Source: the human T2T-CHM13v2.0 reference genome, Homo sapiens
Length of the DNA stretch: 64,000 nt
NCBI RefSeq assembly: GCF_009914755.1
Contig: NC_060929.1
Strand: one strand, 5' to 3'
Position numbers and translations under genes: made by a program. Below the pieces are notes generated by a model. It searched no databases and had not been told where the DNA came from. It saw nothing but the letters and a program-made list of their open reading frames with translations. Positions 62,001 to 64,000 of the stretch are shown in pieces (the stretch's first letter is position 1; each line of letters opens with the position of its first letter).

Positions 62001-64000
62001 GTAAAGTCTGCAAGTGGATATTCAGCCCTCTTTGAGGCCTTCGTTGGAAACGGGTTTTTTTCATATAAGGCTAGACAGAAGAATTCCCAGTAACTTCCTT
62101 GTGTTGTGTGTGTTCAACTCACAGAGTTGAACTTTCATTTACACAGAGCAGATTTGAAACACTCTTTTTGTGGAATTTGCAAGTGGAGATTTCAAGCGCT
62201 TTGAGGCCAAAGGCAGAAAAGGAAATATCTTCGTATAAAAACTAGACAGAATCATTCTCAGAAACTGCTCTGCGATGTGTGCGTTCAACTCTCAGAGTTT
62301 AACTTTTCTTTTCATTCAGCAGTTTGGAAACACTCTGTTTCTAAAGTCTGCACGTGGATATTTTGACCACTTAGAGGCCTTCGTTGGAAACGGGTTTTTT
62401 TCCTGTAAGGCTAGACAGAAGAATTCCCAGTAACTTCCTTGTGTTGTGTACATTCAACTCACAGAGTTGAACGTTCCCTTAGACAGAGTAGATTTGAAAC
62501 ACTCTTTTTGTGCAATTGGCAAGTGGAGATTTCAAGCGCTTTAAGGTCAATGGCAGAAAAGGAAATATCTTCGTTTCAAAACTAGACAGAATCATTCCCA
62601 CAAACTGCGTTGTGATGTGTTCGTTCATCTCACAGAGTTTAACCTTTCTTTTCATAGAGCAGTTAGGAAACACTCTGTTTGTAAATTCTGTAAGTGGATA
62701 TTCTGACATCTTGTGGCCTTCGTTGGAAACGGGATTTCTTCATATTCTGCTAGACAGAAGAATTCTCAGAATCTTCCTTGTGTTGTGTGTATTCAACTCA
62801 CAGAGTTGAACGATGGTTTACACAGAGCAGATTTGAAACACTCTTTTGGTGGAATTTGCAAGTGGAGATTTCAGCCGCTTTGAGGTCAATGGTAGAAAAG
62901 GAAATATCTTCGTATAAAAACTAGACAGAATGATTCTCAGAAACTTCTTTGTGATGTGTGCGTTCAACTCACAGAGTTTAACCTTTCTTTTCATAGAGCA
63001 GTTAGGAAACACTCTGTTTGTAAACTCTGCAAGTGGATATTCAGACCTCTTTGAGGCCTTCGTTGGAAACGGGATTTCTTCATACTGTGCTAGACAGAAG
63101 AATTCTCAGTAACTTCCTTGTGTTGTGTGTATTCAACTCACAGAGTTGAACGATCCTTTACACAGAGCGGACTTGAAACACTCTTTTTGTGGAATTTGCA
63201 AGTGGAGATTTCAGCCGCGTTGAGGTCAATGGTAGAAAAGGAAATATCTTCGTATAAAAACTAGACAGAATGATTCTCAGAAACTCCTTTGTGATGTGTG
63301 TGTTCAACTCACAGAGTTTAACCTTTCTTTTCATAGAGCAGTTAGGAAACACTCTGTTTGTAAAGTCTGCAAGTGGATATTCAGACCTCTTTGAGGCCTT
63401 CGTTGGAAACGGGTTTTTTTCATATAAGGCTAGACAGAAGAATTCCCAGTAACTTCCTTGTGTTGTGTGTGTTCAACTCACAGAGTTGAACTTTCATTTA
63501 CACAGAGCAGATTTGAAACACTCTTTTTGTGGAATTTGCAAGTGGAGATTTCAAGCGCTTTGAGGCGAAAGGCAGAAAAGGAAATATCTTCGTATAAAAA
63601 CTAGACAGAATCATTCTCAGAAACTGCTCTGCGATGTGTGCGTTCAACTCTCAGAGTTTAACTTTTCTTTTCATTCAGCAGTTTGGAAACACTCTGTTTG
63701 TAAGGTCTGCACGTGGATAATTTGACCACTTAGAGGCCTTCGTTGGAAACGGGTTTTTTTCATGTAAGGCTAGACAGAAGAATTCTCAGTAACTTCCTTG
63801 TGTTGTGTGTATTCAACTCACACAGTTGAACGATCCTTTACACAGAGCAGACTTGTAACACTCTTTTTGTGGAATTTGCAAGTGGAGATTTCAGCCGCTT
63901 TGAAGTCAAATGTAGAAAAGGAAATATCTTCCTATAAAAACTAGACAGAATGATTCTCAGAAACTCCTTTGTGATGTGTGCGTTCAACTCACAGAGTTTA

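Larger units (their letters stand above)
1..64000 (+). repeat. Centromeric alpha-satellite higher-order repeat array, suprachromosomal family 1 (J1/J2 dimeric), probably D1Z7/D5Z2/D19Z3 (S1C1/5/19H1L) type
   Basis: Continuous head-to-tail alternating 171/169-bp monomers: A-box at 33, CENP-B box at 204, next A-box at 373. EcoRI GAATTC recurs every ~340 bp (246, 586, 926, 1265, 1605, 1945...). Alphoid signatures CATTCTCAGAAAC, TTCAACTCACAGAGTT and GAAACACTCTTTTTGTGGAAT are present throughout. Alpha-satellite/SF1 identity is near certain; the chr1/5/19 assignment rests on recalled consensus similarity (about 0.7) and the chromosome cannot be resolved here. Confidence 0.98.

Noticed and set aside
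304-63452. Roughly 200 short ORFs of 60-99 aa on both strands (MILRNSF..., MFPNCSM..., MQLASGD...)
   Set aside because: They are translations of the same satellite dimers, recur at 340/680-bp steps, overlap antisense to each other, often begin at non-ATG codons, and appear or vanish with single substitutions or 1-bp indels. There is no recognisable domain or gene structure; they were used only as variant markers.
1-64000. CRISPR-like array (conserved 17-21 bp motif with a palindrome at regular spacing)
   Set aside because: The intervening sequences are themselves near-identical repeats, not unique spacers; the period is 340 bp; there are no cas genes; the motif is the CENP-B box.
1-64000. 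Embedded L1/Alu or other mobile element, inversion, or unique island
   Set aside because: All marker spacings are whole multiples of ~339.75 bp to within a few bases, CENP-B boxes stay on the + strand, and I saw no poly-A tail, target-site duplication or non-alphoid stretch.
1-64000. Assignment to a specific chromosome or to the active kinetochore (CENP-A) domain
   Set aside because: The candidate HOR family is shared by chromosomes 1, 5 and 19, and kinetochore position is epigenetic. High homogeneity and dense intact CENP-B boxes fit an active array but do not prove either point.

Overview
The whole 64 kb window is one uninterrupted, single-orientation array of primate (very probably human) centromeric alpha-satellite DNA. 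I found no gene, transposon insertion, inversion or unique sequence. Alternating 171- and 169-bp monomers form a ~340-bp dimer (about 188 dimers), normally with one EcoRI site, one CENP-B box (CTTCGTTGGAAACGGG[T/A]) and one A-box/pJalpha-type site per dimer. This is the suprachromosomal family 1 (J1/J2) pattern and most resembles the array shared by chromosomes 1/5/19 (D1Z7/D5Z2/D19Z3); that match is from recall, not a search. I label five dimer types: A (AAGTCAAAGGTAG, TTCCTATA), B (GGCCAAAGGCAG, CTGCTCTGCGA, ATAATTTGACCACTTAG), C (GTGCAATTGGC, TTCCCACAAAC, GACATCTTGTGG), D (GATGGTTTAC, CATACTGTGC) and E (CCGCGTTGAGG). The array is runs of a 680-bp A-B tetramer punctuated by C-D(-E) blocks at irregular spacings of 6-24 dimers. 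All listed ORFs are repeat artefacts. I see no new protein-coding system. The interesting content is the recombination record: recent tandem duplications of 3058, 1358 and 680 bp, long-range copies, chimeric dimers with junctions at CENP-B boxes, a length-preserving loss of a C block, and a few inactivated CENP-B boxes, one of which has been copied.
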